This document shows, one piece after another, positions 194,101-205,285 of a stretch of 248,000 nucleotides of DNA (positions are counted from its first letter, which is position 1; each line of letters begins with the position of its first letter). Made by a program: the position numbers and the translations under genes. Under the pieces are notes generated by a model, which saw only the letters and a list, made by a program, of their open reading frames with translations, searched no databases and was not told the DNA's origin. This DNA is from Andalucia godoyi And28 (lineage: Eukaryota; Protista; Jakobida), in NCBI GenBank assembly GCA_009859145.1, contig VRVR01000022.1, positions 20,001-268,000 on the forward strand, in the 5' to 3' direction.

Positions 194101-195494
194101 ATTGCATACTGAGCAGGAATGCGCGTCGTGGGCAGCGCGCGGCGATGGGCCTCCTTCAGCAATGCAGACACCGAGTCCAACCCATTCTCATCGTGCATCG
194201 CTTTCAAGTGCTGCAAAAGCTCCCGTACAGATTCAAAACCAGTCGCCACCCCGCCTCCCTTTCCCTCCACCCCTTTTACGCGAGCAGAGTGCATTCCGCC
194301 TGTCGGTTCATCAATCCATTCTGACGGGACTGGAGAGACGGACTTTGACACTGCATTTTGCGGTGGCAGCCGCAACTGCGAAGGGACGGGTGACGGGGAT
194401 TTGGCAGCGGAAGGGGAAGCACCGCATTCCCGCGGAGTCGGCTCAGCCGATAGCGTTCCGGTCTCATTGCCAAATACTCCTTGCTTCTGGGAAAAGCCTG
194501 TTTTCTTTTCAATTTGTCTGCGCCGGCGATCAGACGAATCAATATCTCTGCGATGCGACATGTCCCTCCAGGGTCTGGCGTCAAAGAGACCTTTGTCAAT
194601 TTTGCTTGCGATCATGGACATTGGAGTGTCTCCGTTCTTATGCGGAGTTCTTGCATCTGTGGATATCAACAATTCGGGAGGGACTGACGAGGAGCGCGGC
194701 GGTCCGCGACCAAGCATCTCTTGCGAGCCATCTTCGGTGTATCGAGGAGTGGACGGGTCTTTGGGAGTCAGAAATTGTTTCACTCGCTCCGCACTGGATG
194801 CTGAGTATCCATCGGGACCGCATGACCGACCAGTGCTCGCCGGCGAATCCCCAACGAGATCCTCGAACTCTTTATCTGCGTTTGTTGGTTCAGGAAACAC
194901 CTCGTCTCCGTCAAGCGGAAGCCCGTGGGGCCCGGCTTCACCGTGCTCTCCATCTGACGGATTCGGCAAGCGCACAGAATTGATATAGGCGAGCACGGAA
195001 TCTAAGGGAGGTTCTGCAGATGTTTCTTCTTGAGGATCGTCCCACGATGAAACCTCCGGGAAGAATCCAGGATCTGATCGTGCCGAATCAAGACCGGGAA
195101 GAGCAAAAGATACCCGAGAGGTCTTCCTTTCTAAGCTGGTCACGGACGACGCTGGGTCTTCCGAGTCTACGCTTTCCCGAGGTTGCATGCTGGATGGATC
195201 CGGCTCAACGAATGCTGGAGCGACAATGGACTCTGAATTCCCGCGAGGACGGCCAATTCTCGGCAATCGACTGGATTCGTCAATGTTGCTGTTGCGAATC
195301 TCCATTTGCGATACTGCTCTTTTCTTTCGTGTTGCTTGCGAATGCTTGTCGAAAGTCGCTGGCTCTACATAATACAACGCGTGCGAGCGATCGTTTGAAG
195401 GAACCCGCAATGGCTGCGGAGACTTTGACCGTCGCTTATTCCACGTTTCAAATACATTATTGATCGTGCGTTCAGCGTGAGACGTCGATTTCAT
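191079..195494 (-). CDS. Axonemal dynein light chain domain protein (AXDND1/TSNAXIP1-like)
   Basis: FSELVRQV.VHCAERGVLL; C-terminal FVFEFM..YG..VEIFSKFL. Confidence 0.65.
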   Translation of the reverse strand: MKSTSHAERTINNVFETWNKRRSKSPQPLRVPSNDRSHALYYVEPATFDKHSQATRKKRAVSQMEIRNSNIDESSRLPRIGRPRGNSESIVAPAFVEPDPSSMQPRESVDSEDPASSVTSLERKTSRVSFALPGLDSARSDPGFFPEVSSWDDPQEETSAEPPLDSVLAYINSVRLPNPSDGEHGEAGPHGLPLDGDEVFPEPTNADKEFEDLVGDSPASTGRSCGPDGYSASSAERVKQFLTPKDPSTPRYTEDGSQEMLGRGPPRSSSVPPELLISTDARTPHKNGDTPMSMIASKIDKGLFDARPWRDMSHRRDIDSSDRRRRQIEKKTGFSQKQGVFGNETGTLSAEPTPRECGASPSAAKSPSPVPSQLRLPPQNAVSKSVSPVPSEWIDEPTGGMHSARVKGVEGKGGGVATGFESVRELLQHLKAMHDENGLDSVSALLKEAHRRALPTTRIPAQYAMVEESPLRASWNDGEANVEPHFDALSPGRLLKWKKTIFPSNAPASRVDVLLLARAYKMMMDDVLNSEEGKDRTRESVDVLNLEDLASMGDAELLKKAEDLHSDWIDAVLSSTTVAVEQVRRQLESQLAVEDLCFSELVRQVWVHCAERGVLLEKVKGAYDSHLQTSLRALQAVSKLCKGRIQQVAEAVRSSEREKVRMDNRAIAQKQILVELKKEVMQKDALLASLQDKLKRTEQQVQMLMEDRPVFTDSACQMSPRGILTSFSIGKPIGVQVDPLPSKDGAAECRSLRRMRYVTDAVDDMLLRVLPADSQQWPALRIWRQDEVHGHDDLERYVLKDHRALFADDFVGDTLEQWYTAIESRVRAAMSVFPSQEQIAQLQSDYEAVRQDIIAARAELQSNVSQIVSIVQTVQKEFGEEKKDWSDQIIGIRKVLQRAVREIKVAPEQPRNAEGGDFVAQEGELPDFFDDEALPAEKNKGVARVELMIKELDYLLDRVEGWGGSTTKSGAKRKRASSAQDKLASIVERLNDLKDKQAELGKEFKQDVKELPVGSATHPARSAADPAGARRRLHSRISSAFGMIEISHKAVQTDAFEIPSTAKKVKGKKVRTLLAESALGIIPEQGDADADFNNFDRARGGKMNSSELLAEGEDQKNNRKEPASASSTKTPRGLHVASSEVPPGLTVEHSTPRIVAARQQPESRYERNQRLLAVFKKFKTSKSKSILWILRLVHVLLKEKVLWDAAAVREGKPEDHVSMPYFVFEFMRQQYGTHLLVDQYVGHLVATVEQHRKTEPFVEIFSKFLSEEWSTRCWELFVVAKRYVEESPSGLLFMISPSGSAISVNRAVADNPNNKNAYVKVVSVRRVLTILDALLTHLEATHVDAEIFLKEVGFKVAEIARQHPVTHEEVSRSVQNKYASAIGALAVSSSSVSNMLGGNQHGATSEKLVSEMMKNEENDECNRFAITIPEFLLHLCAIFHAKETRQSTEEEIYSVSTENSTNQLDDLQIPQ

Positions 195495-195543
195495 GCTGTT
195501 TGGTGATGGAAACATTCACGCCGCAAAAGCACACACACACACA

Positions 195544-195606
<63 letters not shown>

Positions 195607-196142
195607 ACTTCCTGACTGACACACGCTGGCACACTGAAGAAAGGAATCAACGCGGGAGTAATTGCAACGCAGACTGAGTGACCTGGGTTAGAATGTACTG
195701 CGACGACGACAAACGCTCACCGTGCTGTGCAACAAGGGAAATAAAGTGAGGATGTTATGTACTAGACAAATATATGACACCGCGATATCGGTTATTGAAT
195801 AAATTACAAATTACAAATTTTTGCTCTCTGAAGACGAAAATGAACGCTTTCAGAACTCTGTTTTTGCAAAAACAAACGGATATGGCATCGTTGGGGGCAT
195901 TGTGGATTCGATGCCGGAACGGGCAGCTTCCATCAACGGCAACTGATGTCATAGCAGACATGAAAACAGTACGAGCACTCTAATAAACCACTGGAGAATG
196001 ACAGAAGCACCAATCGACCTGTCTCACTCCCTTCACACACACACACACACACACATATACATACATACATACATACATACATACATAGCTTCTCTCTATC
196101 CAAGTGGATGATGCAACAGAGAACTGAACGAGGGGACTCTGA

Positions 196143-197168
196143 TTAGATGCTGCTGTCATCGATGTTTGCATAGGGAACTTCCATTCCGGCGTACTCATCA
196201 TCATCATCATCCTCATCATCACCACCACCACCGTCACCGATTTCATTGCCGTTTTCGTCTGCTTGCCCGTCTTCGGCTCCCCCCGCTTGAAAATCGTGGA
196301 AATGACGTTCGGTATGCTGGAACGTAGCTTCGGCATTCAGGCTAGCTGCAGAGGAATGATAGAGCATTGATGAGTGTGCCACTGTCCCCATTTCCGTACG
196401 GAGCTTCATGGTTGAGCACGATGCGCCAATGTCTTTCGATCGGTGTCTCTTTGCTGGATGAATAGAGTTCCGCAACCAGATCACGTGCTCCAAGTTCGCG
196501 GCATACACGTCCACGTTCGACGACGTGCGGACCACCATGTGCGACGTCAGAGAAGCTGGTTCAAAATACGGGCTTACGACAAATGCATTCAAAACTGCAG
196601 CATCCAGGAAAACTGTGTACAGAAAAGCCTTTTCTTCAGCAAAGTAGTTAAAAATCATGTCCAAGTGCGGATTGTGGTACGGCCCAGAAGCATCGCCTGC
196701 TGCCAGCCGCATTTCTTCGAGCACTGTCCAATGATAGTCATCCAGTCTAATTAAAGAGATGGGAGTGTTTCTCTTTTGTGTTGCGAACGTAATGTATAGC
196801 CCATACAAAATTCCAGTTCTTGAGAATGCACACGTGAAAACATCAAGACTGAACACAATGCAACGAAATACGGTGTCCAAGTACTCGTTGCTGTTCACGT
196901 CTTCTGGGCAGAACTGATGCACAAGGTACATTCCCGTGGACTTCCAAAGAGCCTTGAATGCTTGAAACTCTCTTGTTTGCAGCGGAACCCACTTAGCCGC
197001 TATGAATCCCGCGAAATCGAGAAAAAACGGGAACACGGGCTGTTTGAACTCGCGCGGTCGGTAAGGTTTTTCCACGCACACTGACGGTTTCCATGCTTTT
197101 AGTCGTTCCAGCAACGAAGCTCGTGTTTGCAAATCATTCAGCTGTCCACCCCCAGACACGCTCGACAT
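196143..197168 (-). CDS. SNAPC1: SNAPc subunit 1 (SNAP43)-like
   Basis: F.AFKALWK, R.GILYGLY..F.TQ, IRL, IF..F....AF. Confidence 0.65.
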   Translation of the reverse strand: MSSVSGGGQLNDLQTRASLLERLKAWKPSVCVEKPYRPREFKQPVFPFFLDFAGFIAAKWVPLQTREFQAFKALWKSTGMYLVHQFCPEDVNSNEYLDTVFRCIVFSLDVFTCAFSRTGILYGLYITFATQKRNTPISLIRLDDYHWTVLEEMRLAAGDASGPYHNPHLDMIFNYFAEEKAFLYTVFLDAAVLNAFVVSPYFEPASLTSHMVVRTSSNVDVYAANLEHVIWLRNSIHPAKRHRSKDIGASCSTMKLRTEMGTVAHSSMLYHSSAASLNAEATFQHTERHFHDFQAGGAEDGQADENGNEIGDGGGGDDEDDDDDEYAGMEVPYANIDDSSI

Positions 197169-197480
197169 CCTAACTCGGCGTTTCTCTGTGTATATGGATA
197201 GACTGGGCCGCATGTACGCGTCTTTCTTGGATGTATGCTTTTATGAAACAGCTGACGATGTGGTGCACATTCCCTTGAGGTCGCTGACTGTCAACCCTGC
197301 TCTGTCTTTTGCTTCTGCGTCTCTCTGCGTGTCTTTCTTCTTCTTTAGTATTGTAATTATGAATATATTCTTTCTATGTATTCTTTTGTTTTTGTTTTGT
197401 TTTTGTTTTTCCTTTTTGTTCTGGTCTTTGTTTGGTTTTTGTGACAGACTGGCTCTGAACCTCGAGGCGTGTCGTGAGCA

Positions 197481-199223
197481 ATGAGTAGTGAAGAAGAGCT
197501 ATGGAATCGGGTTCGCAGCGAGCCTCAGAACTTTGCGGCCTGGGCTTCGTTGCTTGAATTCTATGCTTCACAAGACGCATTTGCTGTGGCAGATCGCTAT
197601 CGCCAAGCATTTGTAGAGTTTTTTGGCGAGTTCCCGCTTTCATACGGATACTGGAAGGTCCATGCGGATTTTGAATCGCAAATTGGGGGCTGGCAAGCAG
197701 GACTTGCTGTCTTTGAACGCGCGGTTTCTGCAAATCCTCATCAGATTGAAATCTGGCTGTATTTTGTGGGGTTTCTGCAGCAACATTCCGAGCAAATTAA
197801 CAAAACTACAGGATCTGATACTGCTGCGCGGGACCGAATTCGATCTGTGTTTGCGGATGCCATCAAGAACGTAGGCTTGCAGTTTATTTCATCACCGGTG
197901 TGGGACTCTGCAATCGCCTTTGAAGCATCGCAGCAGGATTATGAAGGGGCGATCCGGCTGTTGAAGCAGGCATCATCCTCCGTCCTGCCAGATGTTGAAA
198001 AGTACTGGGAATCCCTGAAACAGTATGTTGAAGCGCGGTCAGTTGTCGAATGCATGGGAGGTTCTCACGCTCTCGAGCAGTTTTATGCAGCGCACGGCCA
198101 TCTGGAGGATGCACAGACGAAGACAGTTGTGTTGCAGTTGTGTGAAGAGCCTCATCGATTGGCTGTCGAAGAGGTTGCGCGTCGGCGGAAATTCGAAGGA
198201 GGAGTCAGAAGATCGTTTTTCCATCCGCAGCCGCTCGACAGCCACGAAATCGCCAACTGGCACAAGTACCTTGATTGGGAGGAGATGCATGGGTCCGAAG
198301 ATCGTGCAAAGAGTTTGTACGGAAGGTGTCTGATTCCGTGTGCCACGTATTCTGACTTTTGGCAACGATACGTCGGGTACCTTGAGAGTAAGGGTCGAGT
198401 TGAGGAGGCGCGAGAAGCAAACGGCAGAGCGCTTCGAACATTTTTCAAGTTGCGACCGCCGTTTTATCATTTTGTGTGTGATTTTGAAGAGGCACAGGGG
198501 AATCCGGAGCATTCAAAAGCGCTGTATGAGCATGTTATCAAGTACTTTTCGCCTGTGCATGTCGCCACTGTGGTCCGATGTGCATATTTTTATAGAAGGC
198601 AGGCAGACGAAGCATCGAGTCGCCAAGTTTTCACGGATGCACTGTCGAGGACTGCAGACGATCGAGACACGTTTTCGCGTATTTCTTTTGAATTTGGGCG
198701 ATTTGCTGCGGAGATTCTGCGGGATTTGGGGCTTGTGCGGTGGGTATTTCATCAAGCGCTCCCACGGTCACCTAATCCTCGTTTGCTGGCTGCTGCTTAT
198801 GCAAAGTATGAGGAGCAATTATCGGGCGATGCGTATGCTCTCTATGAAGACTTGATCGCTGGGAGGCTTTCTGCTTCTGTTGATCTTCCATTCTCTCGAA
198901 AAGACCGCGCATTCTTGTGCCAAGCGTACATTTCTTTGCTGCTGAAAGACAACCAGTTGCAAAAACTTCGGCCGGTACAACTGCTGCTGGACCGTCTGAC
199001 GACGGAGTTGCATGCGCAAGAAGTTCCTAGTGCCTCTCCGGCAGCTCCAGAGCAGCAACGCGTTGCTCGACCCGACATTGCAGTTCCGACCAGCGTCGGA
199101 ACCCCCGAGCAAGAAGCGATTATGCGACAGTGGCAACTGTACTGGAGCCAGAACCCGGAAGCGTACCAGCAGTACGTTCAACAGTACTATGCCCAGTACG
199201 GACAGCAGCCTCCGCAATCGTGA
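197481..199223 (+). CDS. PRPF39: U1 snRNP HAT-repeat protein Prp39
   Basis: FPLSYGYWK..AD.E, VFERAV, FEGGVRRSFFH..PL, NW.KYLDWEE, LYGRCLIPCA. Confidence 0.9.
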   Translation: MSSEEELWNRVRSEPQNFAAWASLLEFYASQDAFAVADRYRQAFVEFFGEFPLSYGYWKVHADFESQIGGWQAGLAVFERAVSANPHQIEIWLYFVGFLQQHSEQINKTTGSDTAARDRIRSVFADAIKNVGLQFISSPVWDSAIAFEASQQDYEGAIRLLKQASSSVLPDVEKYWESLKQYVEARSVVECMGGSHALEQFYAAHGHLEDAQTKTVVLQLCEEPHRLAVEEVARRRKFEGGVRRSFFHPQPLDSHEIANWHKYLDWEEMHGSEDRAKSLYGRCLIPCATYSDFWQRYVGYLESKGRVEEAREANGRALRTFFKLRPPFYHFVCDFEEAQGNPEHSKALYEHVIKYFSPVHVATVVRCAYFYRRQADEASSRQVFTDALSRTADDRDTFSRISFEFGRFAAEILRDLGLVRWVFHQALPRSPNPRLLAAAYAKYEEQLSGDAYALYEDLIAGRLSASVDLPFSRKDRAFLCQAYISLLLKDNQLQKLRPVQLLLDRLTTELHAQEVPSASPAAPEQQRVARPDIAVPTSVGTPEQEAIMRQWQLYWSQNPEAYQQYVQQYYAQYGQQPPQS

Positions 199224-199329
199224 CGGTTGTTATGATTATTCTGAAAATTAAAAAGAAAAGCCCTACAAATGGCCATTGGTGGGTGAGATTTACGTCAACA
199301 AGTATGGTGGTGCCTGTACGTGCTTCCAA

Positions 199330-200409
199330 TCAATCTAATAGAGACGCATCCTGCAGATTCTGTCGTAGGAGAATATTTCGGACAGCATTGAGCACGACTC
199401 TAATTTGCTTTGTGTCTGTGGCGCACGTGATGTGCACGTACAGCGACCGGTCCTTGCTCTTGTTTTGCTCCAGGAATCGTTCCTCGATATATCGGACAGC
199501 CGAGTCAAAATCAAAGCCCCCCGCATAATCCGGAAAACACGTCTTGAGATCCACTCGTTTGATTTTCTCCGCAAACAGATCGCACTTGTTCAGGAAGATG
199601 ATGATGGACGTCTTTTGGAAGACGTCGTAGTTGCAAACTGTGTTGAACAGCTTGAGGGAATCCCACATTCTGTTTGTCGTCTCATCTTCGGCGAGCTTCT
199701 GATCATACTCGGAGAGTGACGTAACGAAAATGATACCTGTCACCTCGTTGAAACAATGAATCCATTTCCTTCGCTCGTTCTGCTGCCCACCAACATCCAC
199801 CATCTTGAACCTGAAGCCATCAATCATAAACTCCTCCTCATGAATACCCACAGTCTTCACTCGGCTTCTCAGCACGTCGTCCTGGGTGGGAACATAACCA
199901 GCCTCCGTAAGCCGAGCCACATTCTTGATGAAATACTCAGCAGAGTCGTTAATTTGGAACTCGGAGCGTCTGGAGTACGCTGCTTGCACACCTCGGTCTT
200001 TCCACAAGGCAGTAATATCAGCACTAAGTTGCGGGGTCAGGACTTTCGATGGATTTGCGACAATCAGCTGATCAGGGATCGCCATAATGCGCTCAGCCCG
200101 GCCTCTGTTTTCTTCCGACTCGAGAGGAATCCGAAGTCGGGCAGTCGCTGCAATCAAACTCTTGATGCTCTGGAGGGTGTTTGCATATACAACATCGCGA
200201 TACATAAGACACTCCTGCTTCGTGTATCCTTGTCTGTGCATGATCTGCATCTGCTTGAAGATCGTGCTCTTTCCAGACTCGCCAGCTCCAAGCAGAAGGA
200301 GCTTGATGACCGCCTGCTGTTTCTTTGTTTCTGTCTTCATTAGCTTTTCAATGTTCTTGTCTCGGGACTTCGCCTCTGCATTCTCCGGCGTCGAAGATCC
200401 ACAGCCCAT
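199330..200409 (-). CDS. Heterotrimeric G-protein alpha subunit
   Basis: MGCGSS myristoylation, GAGESGKST, DVGGQ, NKCD, TCATDT. Confidence 0.95.
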   Translation of the reverse strand: MGCGSSTPENAEAKSRDKNIEKLMKTETKKQQAVIKLLLLGAGESGKSTIFKQMQIMHRQGYTKQECLMYRDVVYANTLQSIKSLIAATARLRIPLESEENRGRAERIMAIPDQLIVANPSKVLTPQLSADITALWKDRGVQAAYSRRSEFQINDSAEYFIKNVARLTEAGYVPTQDDVLRSRVKTVGIHEEEFMIDGFRFKMVDVGGQQNERRKWIHCFNEVTGIIFVTSLSEYDQKLAEDETTNRMWDSLKLFNTVCNYDVFQKTSIIIFLNKCDLFAEKIKRVDLKTCFPDYAGGFDFDSAVRYIEERFLEQNKSKDRSLYVHITCATDTKQIRVVLNAVRNILLRQNLQDASLLD

Positions 200410-200968
200410 TTCCAGCCAATACGAAACAAGCAAAAGGAAAAAGGAAATAACTATCAAAATTAGCCCGGATGAGGAATAGCCACAGCAAAGATAACAATAA
200501 CTACAGTAATAGTAAGAACAAATAATAGCAATATATATATATATAATGATGATAACCAAAAATGAATGACAATGAAGATAATAAACGTGATAGGAATGAT
200601 GACAGCACTGAAGTGGGTGTTGAGACGAGTGAAGCGTACCGCTGCGGAAACTGACTGTGTCCGAGTCTGTGCTTTGGGCTTCCTCAATTATTTTGCCAGA
200701 TGTTTGCTGTCATGACTGTCATTCCTCGGATGTACCAGCGTCAGAGCATGTCAGCCTCGTCTTGCATCAAGGCCAGTTCCCTCCAATGCACGCCCCCCCA
200801 ATTTCCCCGCCAGCGGTTTCGTCTTTTCTATTTCGTCTTTTCTATTTCGTCTTTTTCGTTTCATCTTTTGAATAAACAGCGGCCAATCAAGGCGGTAGGA
200901 ACGACGGATTCACATCCGATTCTTTTCTTCTTCTTTTTTTTTGCTTTTGCTTTTGCTGTTTCTGGAGA

Positions 200969-202363
200969 ATGTCTGCAACACAGATTGAAGAACGCGGCCA
201001 AGAAGACGACCAGCTTCTGCGACGTCTTGTGAACCATTTGGAGTTTGTCGAGGAACAGAAGGATCGGATTCAGACAGATGGAGAATTCGCGCATAAGTTG
201101 CTGAAGAGTCACAACAAGGACTTCCAGCACATTGTATCCACTCGAGAAGGAGCGCTCGACAGTGCGTTTTTGAAACAGTATTCGTCAGAGCGTGCGGAAG
201201 CCATGGCTCGCAACTACAATGCTGATATTGTGAAGACGTTTATTCATGGACTGAAAAGCAAATATCTGATTGGCGGATTGGACGAATCGACGCAGATGGT
201301 CGGCGGAAATTTGCTGGACGAAGGGTCGCACATTGTGATTGATTGGGTCAAGATCGGTGAAACATACTCGAAATTGCTGCGAAGCTGCAGAACACCGCAT
201401 TTCATGAATGGCCCGTTGGCGATTGAGCGAAAGCAACGAAAGGTTGCAGAGCGCAAGAAGAAGCCTGTTGCTCCGGAAGTGAAACCGAATGAATTCAACG
201501 CTGCCAAAGGCGACGAAAAGGTCAAGACGGATCGAGCTGTGCAGGCGCTGTACAAGGAAATCCGCTCATCTGCCGGTCGCGAGAATAAGAGATTACCGTT
201601 CTTCAGAACCGTCGTGGATCCAACGTCGTTTGCGAAGACCATTGAAAGGATCTTTCAATTTGGGTTCCTTATCAAAGATGATCGATGCGGGACTCAGGTC
201701 TCGGACGATGGGCTGTTGCAGATTTTTGTGAATGATCGACCGCAAGAAAAGGCTTCCAACGACGCTGCATCCGCCACAAACATCAAACCGAGACATCCTT
201801 CCATCTTTGTGCTGAGTGTTCCAAAATACAAGCTCATTGTGGATATGCTGAACAAAGGAGAGGAGCCCGCGAAGAACTTCTTTGATACTTTCAATTCGCA
201901 TTTCAGTGAGCAACATCCTTCGCGGAAGCTTGTGCGTCCCCCCACACGCCCGGATGGTTCGTCCCTGCTCACTCGGCCGGAGCTTTCAGAAGGGGTGTTC
202001 GATCGTGTGAATGGATCTGTCGAGCCGTCACCTGAGTCCGGGAGTTCTAGAAGGATAAAGAATGATCAAGACGATGTTGTCGACAATCGGCGTATTGCAG
202101 GAGCAGCTGGTGGTGGTGATGACGATGACGATGATGAAGACGGGGATGATATGAAATCAAAATCAAAATCCTTTGGCAGGAAGGAGGAAAAAATGGTTAT
202201 TGTGAAGAAACAGGATCCAATGGTGCCTCGCAAGCGCGTACCCGAGCGACGTGGCGCTCCGGCTCCTCTCGCCAAGAAGCGACGCTCAGCTGGAAGCTCT
202301 CATGAAAATGATGATGATGATGACAGTCAAGAGCGTCACCGTCCGAAGAAATCGCGTGTCCTC

Positions 202364-202409
<46 letters not shown>

Positions 202410-202423
202410 CGGATTACGAATGA
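200969..202423 (+). CDS. NSMCE4: SMC5/6 kleisin Nse4
   Basis: P.FMNGPLAIE.K, TDRAV..LYK, FF..VVDPTSFAKTIE.IF..GFLIKD. Confidence 0.75.
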
Positions 202424-202513
202424 TCATAAAACAAGTTGCTGTACAGATGTTTTCATTGGTTAAGCAATAAAGAGCAGAAGACAACGGCGAAGAAGAAGAC
202501 CCCTCCAGTCGTC

Positions 202514-204466
202514 CTAACTGTCTTTTGTTTTCTTTTCACCTCTCAAGTACGGGTGGTCATAGAGGTCTTGCACATCTGGTCGGAGGTACTGACTGGGCTC
202601 GAGACACTTGACAAGAAAATCCCTGGCTTCCTGCGAAATCTTGCATGCTTGCGGGAAATCGACGCGATTTATATTGAGAATCGTGCGATCTGCAAGAATG
202701 CGCTGCTGGGTCATATCGTGACCAAACGGGCGACGGCCCACCAGCATCTCATAAAAAATAACTCCAGTGCCCCAAACATCCACCTTGGGAGAAATCTTAG
202801 ACTGTGTTCCGAAGCATTCCGGAGGCAAGTACCAGTAGGTTCCGGCGCCTTGCGACGTCAGCTCAATCGAGTCTTGGTCTCCATCCATGATCTTTGAGAG
202901 TCCAAAGTCTGTGATCTTGATGGACCCTTTGTGCACGAGAATGTTGGCTGGCTTGAGGTCATAGTGAATGATCCGCGGCCTTTGGTCCGAGAAAAACTTG
203001 AGGGCGGTCACGATCTGGCTCACGATGGATCTTGCTTCACGTTCCGAGAGAACTCCCTTGTTGAGCTTCAGATACGTGTCAAGATCGACTCCATCACAAT
203101 ACTCGAGCACTGTGCAAAACGACGTGTGATCAATTTCAAAAACGTCATGCAATCTTACCACCCGATGATGTATCAACCTTCGATGAATCTGATACTCGCG
203201 CATTGCATGCTTGATGTAAGACTGCTTGCGCTCTTCGGACCACTGTGAGTTCAGCTGATGAATCTTGCACGCCACGCGGCGGCATTCGGTGAGATCATAC
203301 GCCTCCCACACCTCCGAAAACCCGCCCTTGCCGATGAGCCGCAGCAGGATGTACCGTTCATCCGACAGGATCGGAAATGTATTAAACATGGATCGATCTT
203401 CATCGCGCTTTCGCTTGATGTCCCGAATCAACAAGAGCTTTTGCATTTCCAATTCATCTCGCTCTGCTTGCAGCAACGCCTCTTCCTTCTTCAGATTCCA
203501 CGCTCGGAGTTTGAGGACTTCATCAACCTCGACGCAATCGACGACGTTGGACAACGGAGGCAGCATAGGAAGATCAACATTCTCGGACGGCGCAAGGATA
203601 TCGTCAAACGAAATCTGGACGTCGTCAGGGACAGGAGGTGGCCCCATTTCTTCTGAAACTACGCTATTTGTATTGCCACTGTTGTGTGTCGCTTCCTTGG
203701 ACAGCACTCTTTTCCGCGACATGACAAACTTCTTCATCTTCTCAATGCACTTTCCTTCATATTCGATGCATGCCAACCGGGTGTTGACCTCCCGAAACAT
203801 TGGGCCGTGCTCAAACATCTCAGTAAGCTCCACACCCTGACGTCGGTATACAATCTGACCGAGTCTTTGCTGTCTCTCAACCAAGTCCTTTGTTGTCTCC
203901 AATCTGGCTCGTTTGGCATGCGAGACCAGGCTTTCTCTCAAAGCACTCTGGAGCATTCTTGACTGCTGCTGCATCTTATTCTTTTCCACGATTATCTTCT
204001 GGTCGTCCATTTCTAGCGCTCGTTTCGCTGTCTCCAGCTGCTCCAACAAGAGACCCAAATTCCGTTCTTTGGCAGCCAACGTCGCCTCTCGAGCATTCAG
204101 TTGCGTATTCCTCTCATTCAGTTTCTCTGTGGAAACCCCTCCACCGTTCAACGGATTCGGAGGAGACTTGCTTACGTAATTTAGAATGGAGTTCGTTTTT
204201 CTTTCTCTCACCTGCAGGTCGTGAGAAGAACTCGACTTCTCCAACTTCTCACGCTCCGGAGCCGGATTCATCTGAGGAGTCATCTGAGGAGTCATTCCAG
204301 CAAAAGGATCCGTTCGAGACCGTTTTGAAGGAGAAGGAGAAGACCGATCCGCAAGATCTCGCTTCAAACTCTCCGGAATCGAGTCTGACCTTGCTACAAT
204401 CTCAATATGTGCTACTCCGCCGCCGCCACCACCGCTACCATGCGATCCTTCTGCAGTTCTGGACAT
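202514..204466 (-). CDS. TLK: Tousled-like kinase
   Basis: LIGKGGFSEVW, VACKIHQLN.QW, YIKHAMREY.IH, TSQGAGTYWYLPPECF. Confidence 0.95.
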   Translation of the reverse strand: MSRTAEGSHGSGGGGGGVAHIEIVARSDSIPESLKRDLADRSSPSPSKRSRTDPFAGMTPQMTPQMNPAPEREKLEKSSSSHDLQVRERKTNSILNYVSKSPPNPLNGGGVSTEKLNERNTQLNAREATLAAKERNLGLLLEQLETAKRALEMDDQKIIVEKNKMQQQSRMLQSALRESLVSHAKRARLETTKDLVERQQRLGQIVYRRQGVELTEMFEHGPMFREVNTRLACIEYEGKCIEKMKKFVMSRKRVLSKEATHNSGNTNSVVSEEMGPPPVPDDVQISFDDILAPSENVDLPMLPPLSNVVDCVEVDEVLKLRAWNLKKEEALLQAERDELEMQKLLLIRDIKRKRDEDRSMFNTFPILSDERYILLRLIGKGGFSEVWEAYDLTECRRVACKIHQLNSQWSEERKQSYIKHAMREYQIHRRLIHHRVVRLHDVFEIDHTSFCTVLEYCDGVDLDTYLKLNKGVLSEREARSIVSQIVTALKFFSDQRPRIIHYDLKPANILVHKGSIKITDFGLSKIMDGDQDSIELTSQGAGTYWYLPPECFGTQSKISPKVDVWGTGVIFYEMLVGRRPFGHDMTQQRILADRTILNINRVDFPQACKISQEARDFLVKCLEPSQYLRPDVQDLYDHPYLRGEKKTKDS

Positions 204467-204918
204467 TTTTTCGGGGAAAATACTCGAAAACATCACTCAC
204501 CAAACGCAGCACAACGACAGATTGTCAACAAATCCAAAACACGCACACAAGAACAGTGTAAAGGTGAACGTGTTCCAAGAAAAGAAGATTAAGCAACCAA
204601 AAAATATTTTTAAAAAATGAATGAAGAAATATGAAGAACAGATTCTGTATTTTTAAAATCAGTAATGAAACTGCGAAACAGCTGGTTTTTGTTTTTGAAT
204701 TTCAAAAGCTTAAAGCATCATAAGACGGCATCAGGTGCGCGGGAAAGTTAGTGCAGCCGGCGGGATGTTGGGCTGCCTTTGAAGTCGCCAGCTGTCAACT
204801 GCCCAAAGTCAGAGAAAAGGGAAGCCCGTGTACGGACTACGGTCACCCCAGAACGATTACTCACTATTCATTTGGCGATTGACGATTTTTGACGATTGGG
204901 GGCGATTTTTGGTATAAC

Positions 204919-205124
204919 ACCCTCCAACCCAAACGTCTGGGTGAACGGCTGTGAATACCATCAGATACAATGAGACACTGTCGAATATTGACAACCGATT
205001 CCTTGTAAACGATCATGGCCGCTGGCGCTGACTGTAAAAAAAAAGGTCACTCTACACCAAAAAAAAATCTGTTTGAGGCGCAGCATGCGAGCCAAATGCT
205101 TGGAGAGATTTGGGTTTGGAGGGT
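204919..205124 (+). mobile_element. TIR MITE copy 4 (internally deleted, about 205 bp)
   Basis: ACCCTCCAACCCAAAC .. TTTGGGTTTGGAGGGT with both subterminal blocks. Confidence 0.8.
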
Positions 205125-205285
205125 AAACGCTGTGAATCACCGCACTTTTCTTCTTGCTGTCATTGTTCTTCATGCGAGGCTTTTCCTTTTTTTGTGGCTC
205201 GTCTTTGTTGTGTTTTATTCGTATTCTTTGCTTGGATTCTTCTTTTGGGGGTTTTGCAGGTTGCGAACGACGTTGGGGGACGCAG